Source: an uncultured Alphaproteobacteria bacterium
Lineage (GTDB): Bacteria > Pseudomonadota > Alphaproteobacteria > Rhizobiales > Xanthobacteraceae
Assembly (NCBI GenBank): GCA_963739385.1
Contig: CAVUAI010000013.1
Span: 30,512-94,511 of the forward strand
DNA length: 64,000 nt
Direction: 5' to 3'
Below, piece after piece: positions 63,706-64,000 of this stretch. The position numbers and the translations under genes are program-made. Positions within the stretch are counted from its first letter, which is position 1. Every line of letters starts with the position of its first letter. The notes below the pieces were generated by a model that saw only the letters and a list, made by a program, of their open reading frames with translations, was not told the DNA's origin and did not search any database.

Positions 63706-63874
63706 GTGTCCCGGATGCAGCGCAGCGTGAGCGCGCGCCGACACGCGCGCGTGGCGCAATCGCAGGAAGCGCGCGGAACGGTGCGCCGCTGATCCGGGAC
63801 CGTTCCGTGGTCGGTGTGCGTGACGCTCCCGGGTCTGCAGCGCAGCACTTCGCGCGGCGCCGCGCCCGGGACAC
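63706..63874. repeat. MITE-like element of about 170 bp with terminal inverted repeats in the ffh-rpsP spacer
   Basis: It begins GTGTCCCGGATGCAGCGCAGCG and ends CGCGCCCGGGACAC (GTGTCCCGG / CCGGGACAC are reverse complements). The internal gatccgggacc and ctcccgggtctgcagcgcagc belong to the same family as 17605 and 54790. Confidence 0.6.
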
Positions 63875-63899
63875 GAGAGCCGATTTCGCGGGGGCATCA

Positions 63900-64000
63900 T
63901 CACTTCTTCTTCCCCAATCCGGGAAACCCGCCCAATCCCGGCGGCTTGCCGCCGAGGCCGGGAAGCAGCGGGCCGCCGGGAAGTTTCGGCGGCAGACCGG
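63900..64000 (-). CDS. ffh: Signal recognition particle protein Ffh, C-terminal 33 codons only (gene runs off the right edge)
   Basis: The reverse complement reads ...[32 protein letters not shown] (stop 63900-63902). This is the Gly/Pro/Lys tail typical of alphaproteobacterial Ffh, in the conserved position upstream of rpsP. Confidence 0.7.
   Translation of the reverse strand, partial: GLPPKLPGGPLLPGLGGKPPGLGGFPGLGKKK

Overview
High-GC alphaproteobacterial chromosome segment. The REP elements, the many Bug/TctC receptors and the gene order ffh-rpsP-rimM-trmD-rplS-leuC...leuD...asd...leuB plus sdhCDAB point to a Bradyrhizobium/Rhodopseudomonas-type genome, but that is inference because no search was possible. 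Most of the window is ordinary core metabolism: succinate dehydrogenase, leucine and aspartate-family biosynthesis, ribosomal and tRNA-modification genes, type II NADH dehydrogenase, Cu/Zn SOD, two molybdoenzyme pairs and a MoeA pair. It also holds nine Bug/TctC-type solute receptors against a single tctBA membrane unit, a LysR-flanked catabolic cluster (about 23-33 kb) and one giant RTX-type repeat adhesin (9.5-16.3 kb). The most interesting locus is a roughly 4-kb low-GC islet (about 43358-47409) between a MsrPQ-like pair and ndh. Its only coding content is a two-gene overlapping operon. The first gene encodes a small exported helical protein. The second encodes a 982-aa exported protein with a long WD40/beta-propeller array, an Ig-like module and a C-terminal caspase-like (peptidase C14) domain with an intact His/Cys dyad. 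There is no NTPase, nuclease or mobility gene. I regard it as a candidate undescribed envelope-located caspase system. Four otherwise conserved genes have broken reading frames. Three (a TauD-family dioxygenase, a CitE/malyl-CoA-lyase-like gene and a DUF429 gene) carry exact +1 insertions, and the adhesin has a 45-nt out-of-frame patch ending in an in-frame TGA. This suggests consensus indel errors or recent pseudogenisation. Several families of palindromic REP/MITE-like elements fill the intergenic spacers. No rRNA, tRNA, CRISPR array, transposase or integrase could be supported. Many long ORFs in the track are antisense or alternative-frame artefacts of high GC and were discarded.
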